A stretch of 28,397 nucleotides of DNA from an uncultured bacterium (GCA_964607485.1 CAZSKP010000046.1:1-28397); one strand, 5' to 3'; shown: positions 16,330 through 26,833, numbered from the stretch's first letter. Program-made: numbers and translations. The notes: generated by a model from the letters alone, not told the origin.

Positions 16330-18081
16330 TCATCCGTCTTGTACCCACGGCCTCTCGGCAAAGCCTACGCTCATGTTTATGAAGAATCCCAGCGCCGCCC
16401 CGATGACAACCCAGTTCAGCAGCGGCGACCAGAACGCCGAAAATGCGTAGCGAGTGGCGAGGAAGACGGCTATCCCCATTGCTCCTCCAAGGCCTCCCCA
16501 TAGGAGACAGCGCATCAGATAGCCGATAGACCTTTCGTATATCCCGTCCGACATCCCCAGGAACGCGCCGATGACGGCTCCGGAGACCAGGCTATAGTGT
16601 GCGGGCCTCAGGCTCCCGAAGGCCCCAACTCCTCGCATCCAGCTTAACAAAAATCCCGCCAGCAGGCCACCCATGATTCCCATCGTGAGCGAAAGCAGTC
16701 CCTTCGCCTTCCTCCTTTGAGCGATGCCGATGGCCACTCCAATCAACCCGCCATATATGACCCAACTCAATTGGAAAAGCGCGCCTGGCGAAATCGACCA
16801 ACGGCCATACCTGCCGATGGAGAGGATAATCACGCCTCCCGCGATGCCGGCCAACGCGCCGAACCTCATCCGCGCCTGTTCGCGTTCGGGCGCGCGTTCC
16901 GCCAGGCCGGCGTGTCTTTCTATCTTGTCGATTCGCTCGCGCACGTGGGAAGAATTCGGAGGCCGGGGCGTCTTGTGAACTGCCGCGCGCTCTCGATCGG
17001 GCGGCTCGATATGCTCCGGACAAGAAAGCGAGGGAGGGGTCTTGGGTGAGCCCATATTCCTCTCGGCCTCGACTCGCACCCACTCCGGTTGGTATCTTCC
17101 CTGAATGGGAACCCCTATATCCTTTTTGCCCGCCACCACGTTCTTAACCTCTTCGGCGTCGGACCAGCGACCCTCGGGCTCCTTCCTGAGACATTTCAGG
17201 ATTATGGCATTCATCCAATCGGAGACACCCCTTATGGGTTTCGGCATCACGTGAATGTGTTGGTAGCTCACGTCTCCACCCCGGAACGGTGGGCGTCCGG
17301 CCAGCATCTCGTACATCGTTATCCCCAATGAATAGACGTCGCTCCGGCCATCGAGCTTTTGGCCGAGAATCTGTTCGGGGCTCATGTAGGTGGGCGTGCC
17401 GGCGACTTCGCCGCCCATATTGCCGGTGGCGGCCTCGTTGATGAAGGCCACTCCGAAATCGGCGAGCTTGACCCTGCCCTCCGGCGTAACGAGAATGTTG
17501 CTCGGCTTGATGTCCCGGTGTATCACGTTTTCGGCATGTGCATACTTGAGGGCTTCGCAGACCTCCGAAACGTATCTTATCACCTCGGCCTCACTGAAGC
17601 GCCTGCCGGGCTTGCGTGATGCTATGGAGGCAAGCGATTCGCCCCTGATAAACTCCATCAGGAGGTACTTCGCGTCGGCCGAGTGTTCAAAGTTGTACAG
17701 GCGAATGATGTTGGGGTGGGCCAAGCGCATGGCGGCCCTTGCCTCGCGTTTGAGGCTCTCCACAGCGATGTAGTCATCGACGAAGCGGTCGAGCAGAAAC
17801 TTTACCGCGACATCCATCCCAAGCTGGCGGTCATATGCCCGATACACGACTCCCATGCCGCCGCGTCCGAGCATTTCCTTCAGCTCGTATCGTCCGCTCA
17901 GGATGCGACTCAACTGGTCGGGCATCGTCGATTCATCGATGGCCGGCCGAGCGGAAGCAGGCTCGGAGGCGACCGCAGCGGGGGCTTCCTTGGCCGCCGG
18001 AATGTGCGAGAAACTCTGCCTGCACTTGTGGCAGAAGTTCGCATTGTCCCGATTTTCTGCACCACAATTGTCGCAATACAT
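16330..18081 (-). CDS. Hanks-type Ser/Thr protein kinase with N-terminal zinc ribbon and C-terminal multi-TM domain
   Basis: CDNCG...FCHKC zinc ribbon; LGRGGMGVVY, VAVK, HRDIKPSN, DFG, GTPTYMSPEQ and DVYSLG; Pro-rich linker; Gly-rich hydrophobic C-terminus. Confidence 0.93.
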   Translation of the reverse strand: MYCDNCGAENRDNANFCHKCRQSFSHIPAAKEAPAAVASEPASARPAIDESTMPDQLSRILSGRYELKEMLGRGGMGVVYRAYDRQLGMDVAVKFLLDRFVDDYIAVESLKREARAAMRLAHPNIIRLYNFEHSADAKYLLMEFIRGESLASIASRKPGRRFSEAEVIRYVSEVCEALKYAHAENVIHRDIKPSNILVTPEGRVKLADFGVAFINEAATGNMGGEVAGTPTYMSPEQILGQKLDGRSDVYSLGITMYEMLAGRPPFRGGDVSYQHIHVMPKPIRGVSDWMNAIILKCLRKEPEGRWSDAEEVKNVVAGKKDIGVPIQGRYQPEWVRVEAERNMGSPKTPPSLSCPEHIEPPDRERAAVHKTPRPPNSSHVRERIDKIERHAGLAERAPEREQARMRFGALAGIAGGVIILSIGRYGRWSISPGALFQLSWVIYGGLIGVAIGIAQRRKAKGLLSLTMGIMGGLLAGFLLSWMRGVGAFGSLRPAHYSLVSGAVIGAFLGMSDGIYERSIGYLMRCLLWGGLGGAMGIAVFLATRYAFSAFWSPLLNWVVIGAALGFFINMSVGFAERPWVQDG

Positions 18082-18097
18082 AGGCTTGAGGCCTCTA

Positions 18098-19366
18098 CTA
18101 AGTCCGAGGCGGAAACTCAGGGTCCACGTAGCCGATGAGGTACCGCCTCAACATTTCGATGGTGAGGGCGGTTGCCCGCGTCTGATTCACAGGGTCCGTT
18201 CCCGCAAAACGAAATTCCCAGCAGGCGTCCCCCTCGGCGGAATCGATGGCGATACATGTCTTGCCCGAAGCCCGTTCCTCGGGAGCAAGCTCCTCGGATT
18301 CGGGCGCGAACCCGACCGCCGCCACGGCGACATCCGCGCCGCTTCGGCTTCGCATCGCCCTCGCCAGTGTGACAGAGAGCGCCTTATGGTTACGCTTTTC
18401 GTCACACCACTGGCAACTTTTCACCCCTGCAAGACGGCGGCGCGCCTCATCGTTGGCTACCAGAGCCTCCGTCAGGGCGTTACTACCAATAGAAACAAAC
18501 CTTTGCGCTATCCCTCCGCCGGTATGGGTTTCCACCAGCGCCAGGGTCTTCTTATCCCTCAAAAGTATTTGATTTACAACACCTTCCAGCGAATCTTCGT
18601 CGGCTCCGAATATGAGCGCTCCGAACCTCCGCCGTATCTCCCGCTCCGTTTCGGCAATTTTTGCCCGGGCCTCGGACACGGTCTCGGCCCGTGCGGTAAT
18701 TCTGAGCAAAATCTGTGCCGGTTCAGCCAGGATTCCCAGCGTGGGATTTGCCGAGCCTTTGATAAGGTCGCCCACCTTGGCGTCCACGCGGCTTTCTCCC
18801 ATCCCGCAGATCTTCAGAACGCGTGAGCTTATGTTCAACTCCCCCAGCGAGAACCTGTCGAGAAGGTAGGGAATCACGAAACTCTGCATGAGGAACTTCA
18901 GTTCGCGGGGAACTCCGGGCAGCGATATGATCAGCTTCTCCCCTGTCTCGGCAACGAATCCCGGAGCCGTGCCGACGGGGTTCTCGATCGGGACCGCGCG
19001 CCGGGGGATGAACGCCTGCTTGCGATTGTTGGGGCTCATCGTGAATCCATGTCGCTTGAACAGAGCCTCTATCTGGTCGTAGAGCTCCTGCCGAAACTCG
19101 AGCGGCTCGCCCACCACTTCGGCGACCACGTCGCGCGTGAGGTCGTCCTCCGTCGGACCCAGCCCCCCCGACGTGATGACCACGTCGGACCGTTCGAGAG
19201 CGGCCCGAAGTACTTCGCCCATCCTCCCAAGGTTGTCTCCGACGGTGGTCTTGTAATAGAGGTTTATTCCCACCCTGGCGAGTTCTTGTGCAAGAAAGGC
19301 AGAGTTTGTGTCAACAATCTGGCCGAGCAGGAGTTCGGAACCGATCATTATGATTTCTGCGTTCAT
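18098..19366 (-). CDS. cinA: CinA-family protein (MocF-like ADP-ribose pyrophosphatase domain plus PncC-like domain)
   Basis: AEIIMIGSELLLGQIVDTNS, TVGDN, SGGLGPTEDDLTR, NPVGTAPG and LPGVPREL; C-terminal PncC-like domain is divergent. Confidence 0.92.
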   Translation of the reverse strand: MNAEIIMIGSELLLGQIVDTNSAFLAQELARVGINLYYKTTVGDNLGRMGEVLRAALERSDVVITSGGLGPTEDDLTRDVVAEVVGEPLEFRQELYDQIEALFKRHGFTMSPNNRKQAFIPRRAVPIENPVGTAPGFVAETGEKLIISLPGVPRELKFLMQSFVIPYLLDRFSLGELNISSRVLKICGMGESRVDAKVGDLIKGSANPTLGILAEPAQILLRITARAETVSEARAKIAETEREIRRRFGALIFGADEDSLEGVVNQILLRDKKTLALVETHTGGGIAQRFVSIGSNALTEALVANDEARRRLAGVKSCQWCDEKRNHKALSVTLARAMRSRSGADVAVAAVGFAPESEELAPEERASGKTCIAIDSAEGDACWEFRFAGTDPVNQTRATALTIEMLRRYLIGYVDPEFPPRT

Positions 19367-19394
19367 CACCCTCAACCCTTCGAAATATGCGCGA

Positions 19395-19424
19395 ATTCTA
19401 GCACAGCGTTCTCAAGGCTGTCAA
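19395..19424 (-). promoter_or_regulatory. Putative sigma70 promoter of the cinA-kinase unit
   Basis: Minus strand reads TTGACA (19424-19419), N18, TAGAAT (19400-19395), with an extended -10 TG (TGTGCTAGAAT). Confidence 0.65.
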
Positions 19425-19473
19425 TAAAGCCGAGGGGCCTGAACGAACCATTTTGTAAGGTCATCGCACGTTT

Positions 19474-19503
19474 TTGCGACGACAAGTCGAGATTGTGTAT
19501 AAT
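19474..19503 (+). promoter_or_regulatory. Putative sigma70 promoter of the YkgJ-phosphoesterase unit
   Basis: TTGCGA (19474-19479), N18, TATAAT (19498-19503). Confidence 0.5.
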
Positions 19504-19546
19504 CGGCAAAGGCGGGAGCTAAAATACATTCAAATTGCATGACGAG

Positions 19547-20293
19547 ATGAGTTCGCCGAAGACAGAGCGCGAGGTGACGTTTCTCTCCGACCGGCGCGCG
19601 CGCTTTCATTTTCAATGCAAGGCGTGCGGTCAGTGTTGCGGAGAGTACCGGATTATATTGAGCCCTTACGACATCATTCGTCTCAGAAAAACGACAGGCT
19701 GCTCCACAACGGAGCTGATTCGGCAAGGAACAGTCCGCCTCACGCGCGAACCTTTCAAAAAGGCTTTCGGATTCGCGCCGGTTGCGGATCTGTTCGACAT
19801 GTTCGGCCTCTCCTCGACCGATACGGTGCCCGTCGCCGCCATGGGTTTTCGGACTGGCGCGTCGGGCAAAGAAGAGTGTGAATTCCTGTCCGCCACGACA
19901 GACGGCAAACGCCTCTGCGGCATTTACGAGGACCGGCCGGGGGCGTGCCGCCTCCATCCGCTCGGTTGTGTTACCGTGGGCGGCAGGCGGAGGTGGTTTT
20001 TCAGGCGGCCCCTCTGCGAAACGAATGAAGCTTCGGAACAGACGGTGGAAGAGTGGATCCGGGCCTCGCGCTTACGGCCTTTCCTGAGGGCCAATGCCCG
20101 CTATCTGCAATGGATAAGAGAGCTCTTGGAGCATTGTGAGAGCTTCCCGGACGTCGCGGAGCGCGAATGGCAAACGCTCGAACGAATATTCTACGACTTC
20201 GATTCCGTTGGGACAGGCGCGAGGAGAATCACGATGGATGCGATTGAGGCGATGTTTCATAGGTGGCTCTCACGTGTCAAGGCACAGACGTGA
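19547..20293 (+). CDS. YkgJ-family cysteine-cluster (putative Fe-S/Zn) protein
   Basis: FQCKACGQCC, LSPYDIIRL, CEFL and CGIYEDRPGACRLHP. Start is uncertain (TTG 19535 or ATG 19547). Confidence 0.85.
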   Translation: MSSPKTEREVTFLSDRRARFHFQCKACGQCCGEYRIILSPYDIIRLRKTTGCSTTELIRQGTVRLTREPFKKAFGFAPVADLFDMFGLSSTDTVPVAAMGFRTGASGKEECEFLSATTDGKRLCGIYEDRPGACRLHPLGCVTVGGRRRWFFRRPLCETNEASEQTVEEWIRASRLRPFLRANARYLQWIRELLEHCESFPDVAEREWQTLERIFYDFDSVGTGARRITMDAIEAMFHRWLSRVKAQT

Positions 20294-20307
20294 CCGGGGA
20301 GGTCGAT

Positions 20308-20790
20308 ATGCTCATAGGCGTGATGGCTGATTCACACGATAACATGCACATGCTGAAGAAGGCAGTGGACCTGTTCAACGAGCGCGGCGTGGCGCTCGTG
20401 CTGCACGCCGGCGACTACATCGCTCCGTTCACGGCGCGCGAATTTCGCCGGCTGAAGTGCAGGCTGGTCGGCGTATTCGGGAACAACGATGGGGAGAAAT
20501 TCGGGCTGGCGAAAAATTTTGAAGGCTTCGGCGAGCTGCACGAAGGTGTTCATCAGTTAGAGTTGGACGGGAAAATGGTCGCGATAACCCACTCCCCCGA
20601 GATAGCCGAGACGCTCGCCGAAAGAGGCGCCTACGACGTCGTCATCTACGGCCACACACACCGGGCCGAAATCAGGGAAGCCAAGTCGCTCGTTATCAAT
20701 CCGGGCGAATGCGGCGGCTGGCTGGAAGGCACAAGCACCGTGGCGCTCCTGGACCTAGCCGCCATGCACACAGAATTGGTGAAGCTGTGA
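20308..20790 (+). CDS. YfcE/MJ0936-family metallophosphoesterase
   Basis: ADSHDN, HAGD, GNND, TH, YGHTH and INPG. RBS GGGGAGG before ATG 20308. Confidence 0.93.
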   Translation: MLIGVMADSHDNMHMLKKAVDLFNERGVALVLHAGDYIAPFTAREFRRLKCRLVGVFGNNDGEKFGLAKNFEGFGELHEGVHQLELDGKMVAITHSPEIAETLAERGAYDVVIYGHTHRAEIREAKSLVINPGECGGWLEGTSTVALLDLAAMHTELVKL

Positions 20791-20821
20791 TAGCCCTGAC
20801 ACCGTGGGGCATTTTCTCATG

Positions 20822-23374
20822 CTAGAGATACAGCTTCACCGTCTTGACCTCGAATGGGCGGAACGAAAGTTTGACGGAGTTTTTCTGCGAGGCGAGCCGG
20901 GTGGAAGCGGTCTCGATAAGGTTCGTGGCGCGCGCTCGGCCTATGGGGAACGACGTGGTCAGCCGTGCGTCGGTCTTTTCGCCGGCAACCTCATAGAGTC
21001 TGACCGCAATCGCATCCTCTTCATGCGCCTTCTTGAAGGCGGAAATCACGATGTTGCTCGCATCGACGGATACATAGGAATGTCGCCTTTCTTCCGGCTC
21101 TGTTTCTCCAAGGACAGTCAACGGTGGCTTCGCCCATTGTTTCCCCCACAGATGAATATTGTTCTCCAGCCACGTGCCTTTGTATGAAGTGAGGCTGAAA
21201 GAGAAACTGTGCTTGCCCGCCTGCCTGTATCTTTCTCCGAAGAAGAATCCGCTGTCGTCGTTCGTCCACATCAGCGGGAAGCCGGGCACCGTCGTGAAGT
21301 CCACCACGGGCCAGCGGGTCGCAATGGCGAGGCCGCGCTCGCCGTCTTCGAAACACAGCCAATCCTGCACTCCGCGCACCTTGAATCTCGTGGGTAGCGA
21401 TTCATCGATCCAGAAATCTGTCAGCTCGTTGCCGTCCCGGTGAACCGCGAACGGCACGTCCAGAAACTTTTGCCCGTTCATGAGAGTGTTGGGCATTTGC
21501 AGGTAAACGGCGGCGTTGGACTTTCCGCCCCAATCGAGTTCCAGGTGGAGATCGATGCGTTTTAATCCCTCATAGAGCACAACCTTCTGGCGCCGTTGAG
21601 ACTCCACGAAATCTCCCTCCGCGACGAGTGCTTGCGAGAGGTCGCCGTTCCGTACAACCTTGACCTTCGCCGGGAAATCGGAGGCACGCCACATTTCACC
21701 CGTCAGGCTCACCGACTCGCCGGAGCCCTTGTTCTCCGGATTCTCGAAGAAGCTCTGGTCGGGAACCGTCAATTGAAGACCGATTCCAAACAGCTCGAAC
21801 AGCCCGAATTCAAGCTCAAGCGGTCCCGCGGAAACGCCAAACTTGCCCGCCAGCTCGAAATCCAGCTGCTTGTCATAGAGGCTCTCGATGCAGCTTCCGT
21901 CTTCGGAAAACGCGACGCGATAGAATTCGTTCTCCATCACTCTGCCATGCGTCTCCGCTGCGGGCTCGACTTCACCGCGTCCCGGCACGGGCTTGACGTA
22001 GAAGGTGGAGTACCCCAGCGAGGGCAGGTCTGAGCACAAGAAATCCGCTTGGGCGCGACAGATGCTGCCGTCGCGATGTTTTTCAAGAACATCGATGTCG
22101 AACGGAACCCCCTTGTTGTCTCGGTCAACGATTTGGATCTCTTCGAGCCCTGGGACTTCGCAGTCGATTTCCATCGATACAACATCGGTTCTTTCCCACC
22201 CCGTCGTGTTGAACACGAGCACCGGCATCCCCACTGAGCTTTCCACCTTCAGCAGTGTCTTTGAGAGGTCGTCGAACGCTCCTTCGACGAGGTCCCGGCA
22301 CTCGCGGAGCGCATCTGAAGCGAGAGCTCTCTTGTATTCGTCTCCCTCGGCCCCGCAACGAGTTTCGTCCTTGCCGCCCCAGTTGTGGTCGGCCACGAGC
22401 AGCGCACGCTTCCAGCACGAGTCGAGCCGGTCAGTCGGATACCGTTTGAAGTCATTCCGGTGGATGCATGCCAGCGAGTGGAGCGTCTCGGCGCCCGGCA
22501 GCAGGTTCTGGAGAGCTTTCATATCGCGAGTAGTCTCAACCTGCAGGGCATGGACCACCACCCAGAGGTTGGGCATGTCTCCCGAACGACGAGGGTGCCT
22601 TCGCGTCCGAATCCTGCGAACAAAATCCTGGGCCGTCGAGAGCGCCAGTTTAGGCTGGTCGTAGCTCTCGTTCCAGCAGCCGACGATCTCCAAAAGGCGC
22701 GGATTCGGAAGGGTCATGTCGTCGCCGTCGGGAATAATCAAGTCAGGCCCGACGTGTCTGCCCGCGGCGCGTTCGAGCACGCCGGGCAGATTCTTTTCGG
22801 TCTCCTCGAAGGTTTCGCCCAGCTTTCGCCAGTATGACCAGTTGTAAGGAACGCAATAGACGAGAACCTCGGACCCGTCGGGACCCGCCCAGCGAAAGCC
22901 CCCCTCGGGCCCTCGCGAGATCAGCAGCGCATCCATCCCTGCGGCTCGCGCAAGCTGCGGCATTTGAAGCACGTGGCCGGGCGTGTCATACTCCTTCGCA
23001 ATTGCGGGCGAATATCCCAGGGCGGCCTCCAGCCATCTTCTGCCGAAATAGAAGTTTCGAGCGACGGTCTCCTCGGAACACACATCGGCATTGGCGGAGA
23101 CAAAGAGGCCTCCGACGTCGAGGCGGCCCACCTTGAGGAGATTTCGGACGTCGTCTGTTCGCCCCGGGTTTTTCTCCAGATAGCTCATGAGGGCGGCGGT
23201 CGTCTCGTAGGAAAACTTGAAATCCGCGTTGCTGGCGCAGGCGTCGAGGATGCGATTGATAATTTCCTCGTTGCGCTCGCGGCAGACTTCGGGCGAATTC
23301 CACCAGGTGTGATCTATGTGGGAATGGTTGACAAAGTGGATGCGTTCGTAAGACGTATCAAGTTTCTTACCCAT
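20822..23374 (-). CDS. Glycoside hydrolase family 38-like (alpha-mannosidase type)
   Basis: NHSHIDHTW (Zn-binding HxD), EYDTPGH (nucleophile Asp position), FRWAGPDGSEV, VFNTTGWER, MENEFY and the C-terminus FKKAHEEDAIAVRLYE...FRPFEVKTV. No signal peptide. Confidence 0.85.
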   Translation of the reverse strand: MGKKLDTSYERIHFVNHSHIDHTWWNSPEVCRERNEEIINRILDACASNADFKFSYETTAALMSYLEKNPGRTDDVRNLLKVGRLDVGGLFVSANADVCSEETVARNFYFGRRWLEAALGYSPAIAKEYDTPGHVLQMPQLARAAGMDALLISRGPEGGFRWAGPDGSEVLVYCVPYNWSYWRKLGETFEETEKNLPGVLERAAGRHVGPDLIIPDGDDMTLPNPRLLEIVGCWNESYDQPKLALSTAQDFVRRIRTRRHPRRSGDMPNLWVVVHALQVETTRDMKALQNLLPGAETLHSLACIHRNDFKRYPTDRLDSCWKRALLVADHNWGGKDETRCGAEGDEYKRALASDALRECRDLVEGAFDDLSKTLLKVESSVGMPVLVFNTTGWERTDVVSMEIDCEVPGLEEIQIVDRDNKGVPFDIDVLEKHRDGSICRAQADFLCSDLPSLGYSTFYVKPVPGRGEVEPAAETHGRVMENEFYRVAFSEDGSCIESLYDKQLDFELAGKFGVSAGPLELEFGLFELFGIGLQLTVPDQSFFENPENKGSGESVSLTGEMWRASDFPAKVKVVRNGDLSQALVAEGDFVESQRRQKVVLYEGLKRIDLHLELDWGGKSNAAVYLQMPNTLMNGQKFLDVPFAVHRDGNELTDFWIDESLPTRFKVRGVQDWLCFEDGERGLAIATRWPVVDFTTVPGFPLMWTNDDSGFFFGERYRQAGKHSFSFSLTSYKGTWLENNIHLWGKQWAKPPLTVLGETEPEERRHSYVSVDASNIVISAFKKAHEEDAIAVRLYEVAGEKTDARLTTSFPIGRARATNLIETASTRLASQKNSVKLSFRPFEVKTVKLYL

Positions 23375-23415
23375 GATTTATCTGTCCGGTTTGTTTCTCC
23401 AGAGTTCATACGGTT

Positions 23416-23865
23416 TCAAAGCGCCTTCTTGCTGTCCAAAAGAATCGTCACCGGCCCATCGTTCACGAGCTCGACCTCCATCGACGCCTGGAATATCCCC
23501 TCGGACGTCGGCACGCCCGATTGCTTTAGGAAATCGATGACCTGCCCGTACAAGCGTCGCGCCTTTTCCGGCTCGCCCGCATCGACAAACGACGGCCGCC
23601 TCCCTTTCCGGCAATCGGCGAACAACGTAAATTGCGACACCACAAGCACCGACCCTTCGACATCGCGCACTGAGAGGTTCATCTTGCCCTCGGAGTCCTC
23701 GAAGATGCGGAGGACGGACAGCTTGTCGGCAACATACCGGGCATCGTCTTCGGCGTCGTCCTTCCCCACCCCGAGCAGCACGAGCAGACCCTTGCCTATT
23801 TCGCTCGCCACTTCTCCGTCCACTCTGACGCTCGCCCGTTTCACTCGCTGGATGACCGCTCTCAT
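23416..23865 (-). CDS. dtd: D-aminoacyl-tRNA deacylase
   Basis: [20 protein letters not shown] and VNDGPVT (Gly-cisPro motif). Confidence 0.97.
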   Translation of the reverse strand: MRAVIQRVKRASVRVDGEVASEIGKGLLVLLGVGKDDAEDDARYVADKLSVLRIFEDSEGKMNLSVRDVEGSVLVVSQFTLFADCRKGRRPSFVDAGEPEKARRLYGQVIDFLKQSGVPTSEGIFQASMEVELVNDGPVTILLDSKKAL

Positions 23866-23887
23866 GTCGGCAAGAACTCTGAAGGTC

Positions 23888-26659
23888 TCACTTGGTGGTC
23901 ATGATGTACACCCCGTCCCAATCATCCGGAGGGGGTGCAGACAGGTATTCGCTGCACCTCTTCAGGTAAGTGAGCGAAGGGCCGTCGTCGGGCCTGATTT
24001 CCAGCGCCCGACGAAATTCCCCTATCCCGGTTTCCCATTTCCTTTGCCTGTATGCCTGGAGGCCGAGGGAATAATGTTCGACGACCGACGTTACATCCTC
24101 GGGAAGGCCGTCGTTCGCCCGCGCGAGTACTTCGTAAATCGTTACGGGCTCGGTCTTGCCCTTGACGCGAATCAGATCGACTTCGCGCACCACGACATCG
24201 GGCTTGCAGAGCTCGAGGGTGAACTGGCTTATCATGATGTCGGTCGAATACTGCTTGTTCACGCCCTCGAGACGCGAGGCCAGGTTGACGGAATCGCCCA
24301 TGACCGTGTAGTCGAACCGGGTGAGCGAACCCATGTTGCCGACGATCATCGCGCCGGTGTTAAGCCCGATTCTCGCTTTAAGCTCCGGCCGGCCCTCGAT
24401 CTTCCATTTCGCGCGCATTTCCCGCAAACGGTCCTGCATCTCCAACGCCGCATAGCACGCCTTCGTCGCGTGGTCGGGAAAATGAATGGGCGCGCCGAAA
24501 ACCGCCATGATGGCATCGCCCTCATACTTGTCGAGCAGGCCGTCGTACTTAAGCACGATGTCGGTCATCGCGGTAAGGTACTCGTTGAGAAGCTCGACGA
24601 GCTGATGCGGCGTGAGCTGTTCGGAGATCGTCGTGAATCCCGCCACGTCGGAGAAGAAGGCGGTGAGAACCATCTCCTTGCCGCCGAGCTCGAGCATGTC
24701 CGGGTTGGCCGCTATTTGGTCGACGACGGCGGGATTCATGTAGTGCTCGAAGGCGCTCTTGATGAACTTCCTCTTCTTTTCGGCGGTGCTGAACTTATAC
24801 CACACAATCGTCACATCCGAGAGGAGAATGATGCCGGTCGGGCCGACGACCTCTATCCATATGCGCCGGTCGGCGAAAAGCCAATAGGCGAACAACAAAT
24901 AGGCGACAAGAAACAGCAGGGTGAACATCGAACCGCGTATGGTTGTGCGGGAGGACAGAATGTATCCGGTGAAAAGTCCGATTGCGAGAAAAAGCGGCAG
25001 CCTCCAGACATCTCCCAGCGGCGATATGAACTGGCCGGTCACTATCGTGTTGAAAACGTTCGCCACGGCGCCGACCATCGGATAACGAGGGTTGAACGGC
25101 ATCGGATTGAGGTCGTGCGTGCCCGTCGCCGTGAGCCCGTAGAAAAAAACTCCTCCTCTCAACTCGTCGAGTGAAAGCAGCCTTCCCTCGAGTATTACGG
25201 GAGGGAGGAAGAACAGAGGCCGGTCGGCGGGAGTCGGGCCCCCTTTGGCAAGCAGTTGACGGATTGTCATGTACGAATTTTCCGCAGCCTGTTCGGGCAC
25301 GCCCAGCTCGCTCGCGGCCTCCGACATGGAGATTCCGCGCCTGTCCGACACCAGCTTGAGCATAGCGTGATTGAACCGAACGTTTTCGAATGCCTCCTTC
25401 TGTATCTCATATAGCCCGGGGGAGTCTTCGGGCGATAGACCGAAAAGCTTTTCAAAGAGCTGAGGCCGAAACTCATCTATCTCACCATTCTCGATGAGCG
25501 TTTCATACCAATGAGCCCCGTAGACATAAGCGACATACGTCGCCGAATTGCGCACATCGGGAAGAGCGCGCCGGACGACGGCGTTCATCTCGAGGGGGTT
25601 CCGAAATATCGACGGGTCCTGCGTGGAGAGAGCTTTCTTTATCTCCTCCAGTGCGCGCTGTTCGGCGAGTCGTATGAGCGACGAATAGGGATAGTGACGA
25701 AACGAATCCTTGTAATCTCCCGCCCAATTTATTATCATCTCGCCCTTCTCATCGATGGGCACTCGCAGGCTTTTCTTCGTGCCGTCCGGGAGAATGGCGT
25801 TCGGAATCTCGACATATGCGCCCGGTTTGATCCGGAGGTCTTTCAGGTGTACCTGAAGGTAATCACACGCCATGGCCAATCCAATCGAGGGAAACAAACA
25901 GGCGTCTTGACCGTCGGCGTCCGTCGGATGGTCGTATCTTATGAAGGTGGGATACTTGCGAACGACGCCGTCGGCATCCCGAGTTATCTGCGCAAATCCC
26001 ACGCCCCGGGCCGCCTCGGTCAAGAGTGGCAATGGAACGGCCTCGGGAGCAGTCGCCCGAAGTAATGTGCGAGCACCGGCGTTCTCCGCAGGGATACAAT
26101 AACCTTTTTCTATCAGGTGTGCGAGGTTACTCCGGGCAAGCGCCGAGGAGCCGGAATCGGCGGGTTCCGGCGAGGTGGCGGCCCCTTCCGTTTCATCCAA
26201 TCTAAAGGTGGCCCCCCAATAGACGTTGCCGGCCTTCCTTGCGGCGTCTGCGAGCTCGGCGTCGTAATCACGAAACGCCGCCCGAACCTCCTCCATGCTG
26301 CGCGCACGCGCCACGTCCGTCGGGCTGAGGACTCTCTCGCTCTCCTCGGAAAAATAGACATCGAATCCCAACAGCGCTCCATGACCCTGGCGGATTATGT
26401 CGATGATTCGAGCGTGCCTGTCGCGAGTCCAATCCTGCCACCTTCCCTCCTCCTCCAGGGCTCTGTCGTCGATATCGACGGTGGCGATATCGCCGTTCGT
26501 CACGATGGGCGGCCTGAGATTGAAGCGGGCGTCGAGCGAAAGGAGTTCGAGGCGCCTGTAAGGGGATGTGAAGGAAAAGAGGAAAAAGACCAGACTAATC
26601 AGGGCTGCGGCGCCGATTTCGACCAGTTTGTGTGTTTTCTCTTCGGAGATGTTGGGCAT
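23888..26659 (-). CDS. CHASE2-domain class III adenylate/guanylate cyclase with C-terminal TPR-like region
   Basis: N-terminal TM; CHASE2 motifs ([23 protein letters not shown]); 3 TMs; cyclase motifs [42 protein letters not shown] and VKGK; tail [10 protein letters not shown]. The Lys in DKYEGD suggests ATP specificity. Start is uncertain (ATG 26659 or TTG 26698). Confidence 0.93.
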   Translation of the reverse strand: MPNISEEKTHKLVEIGAAALISLVFFLFSFTSPYRRLELLSLDARFNLRPPIVTNGDIATVDIDDRALEEEGRWQDWTRDRHARIIDIIRQGHGALLGFDVYFSEESERVLSPTDVARARSMEEVRAAFRDYDAELADAARKAGNVYWGATFRLDETEGAATSPEPADSGSSALARSNLAHLIEKGYCIPAENAGARTLLRATAPEAVPLPLLTEAARGVGFAQITRDADGVVRKYPTFIRYDHPTDADGQDACLFPSIGLAMACDYLQVHLKDLRIKPGAYVEIPNAILPDGTKKSLRVPIDEKGEMIINWAGDYKDSFRHYPYSSLIRLAEQRALEEIKKALSTQDPSIFRNPLEMNAVVRRALPDVRNSATYVAYVYGAHWYETLIENGEIDEFRPQLFEKLFGLSPEDSPGLYEIQKEAFENVRFNHAMLKLVSDRRGISMSEAASELGVPEQAAENSYMTIRQLLAKGGPTPADRPLFFLPPVILEGRLLSLDELRGGVFFYGLTATGTHDLNPMPFNPRYPMVGAVANVFNTIVTGQFISPLGDVWRLPLFLAIGLFTGYILSSRTTIRGSMFTLLFLVAYLLFAYWLFADRRIWIEVVGPTGIILLSDVTIVWYKFSTAEKKRKFIKSAFEHYMNPAVVDQIAANPDMLELGGKEMVLTAFFSDVAGFTTISEQLTPHQLVELLNEYLTAMTDIVLKYDGLLDKYEGDAIMAVFGAPIHFPDHATKACYAALEMQDRLREMRAKWKIEGRPELKARIGLNTGAMIVGNMGSLTRFDYTVMGDSVNLASRLEGVNKQYSTDIMISQFTLELCKPDVVVREVDLIRVKGKTEPVTIYEVLARANDGLPEDVTSVVEHYSLGLQAYRQRKWETGIGEFRRALEIRPDDGPSLTYLKRCSEYLSAPPPDDWDGVYIMTTK

Positions 26660-26773
26660 ATCGGGTGAAGCCTGTTTCCCGCCAGGTGCGCGGCGCAAGT
26701 CGTGGAAACCGCTACATGAACTGCGAGCTTTCTCCGAAAACGATTATACAGTCAAGAGGCCCTCTTCGTCCAC

Positions 26774-26810
26774 AAAAAAGGCGGGAAGCACGTTGCTCTT
26801 CCCGCCTTTT
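26774..26810 (-). terminator. Intrinsic terminator downstream of the lipoprotein gene
   Basis: AAAAGGCGGGAAG / CTTCCCGCCTTTT inverted repeat; on the minus strand the stem is followed by T6. Confidence 0.85.
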
Positions 26811-26833
26811 ACACAGACGTTCTTGTTCTTGAC

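Noticed and set aside
15674-16450. Plus-strand ORFs of 258 aa and 185 aa covering the gap between the M24 and kinase genes
   Set aside because: No motifs; the interval is better explained by the minus-strand CMD selenoprotein, which has its own RBS.
22964-25174. 736-aa plus-strand ORF
   Set aside because: Antisense shadow of the well-supported cyclase, dtd and GH38 genes; no motifs; long antisense frames are common in GC-rich DNA.
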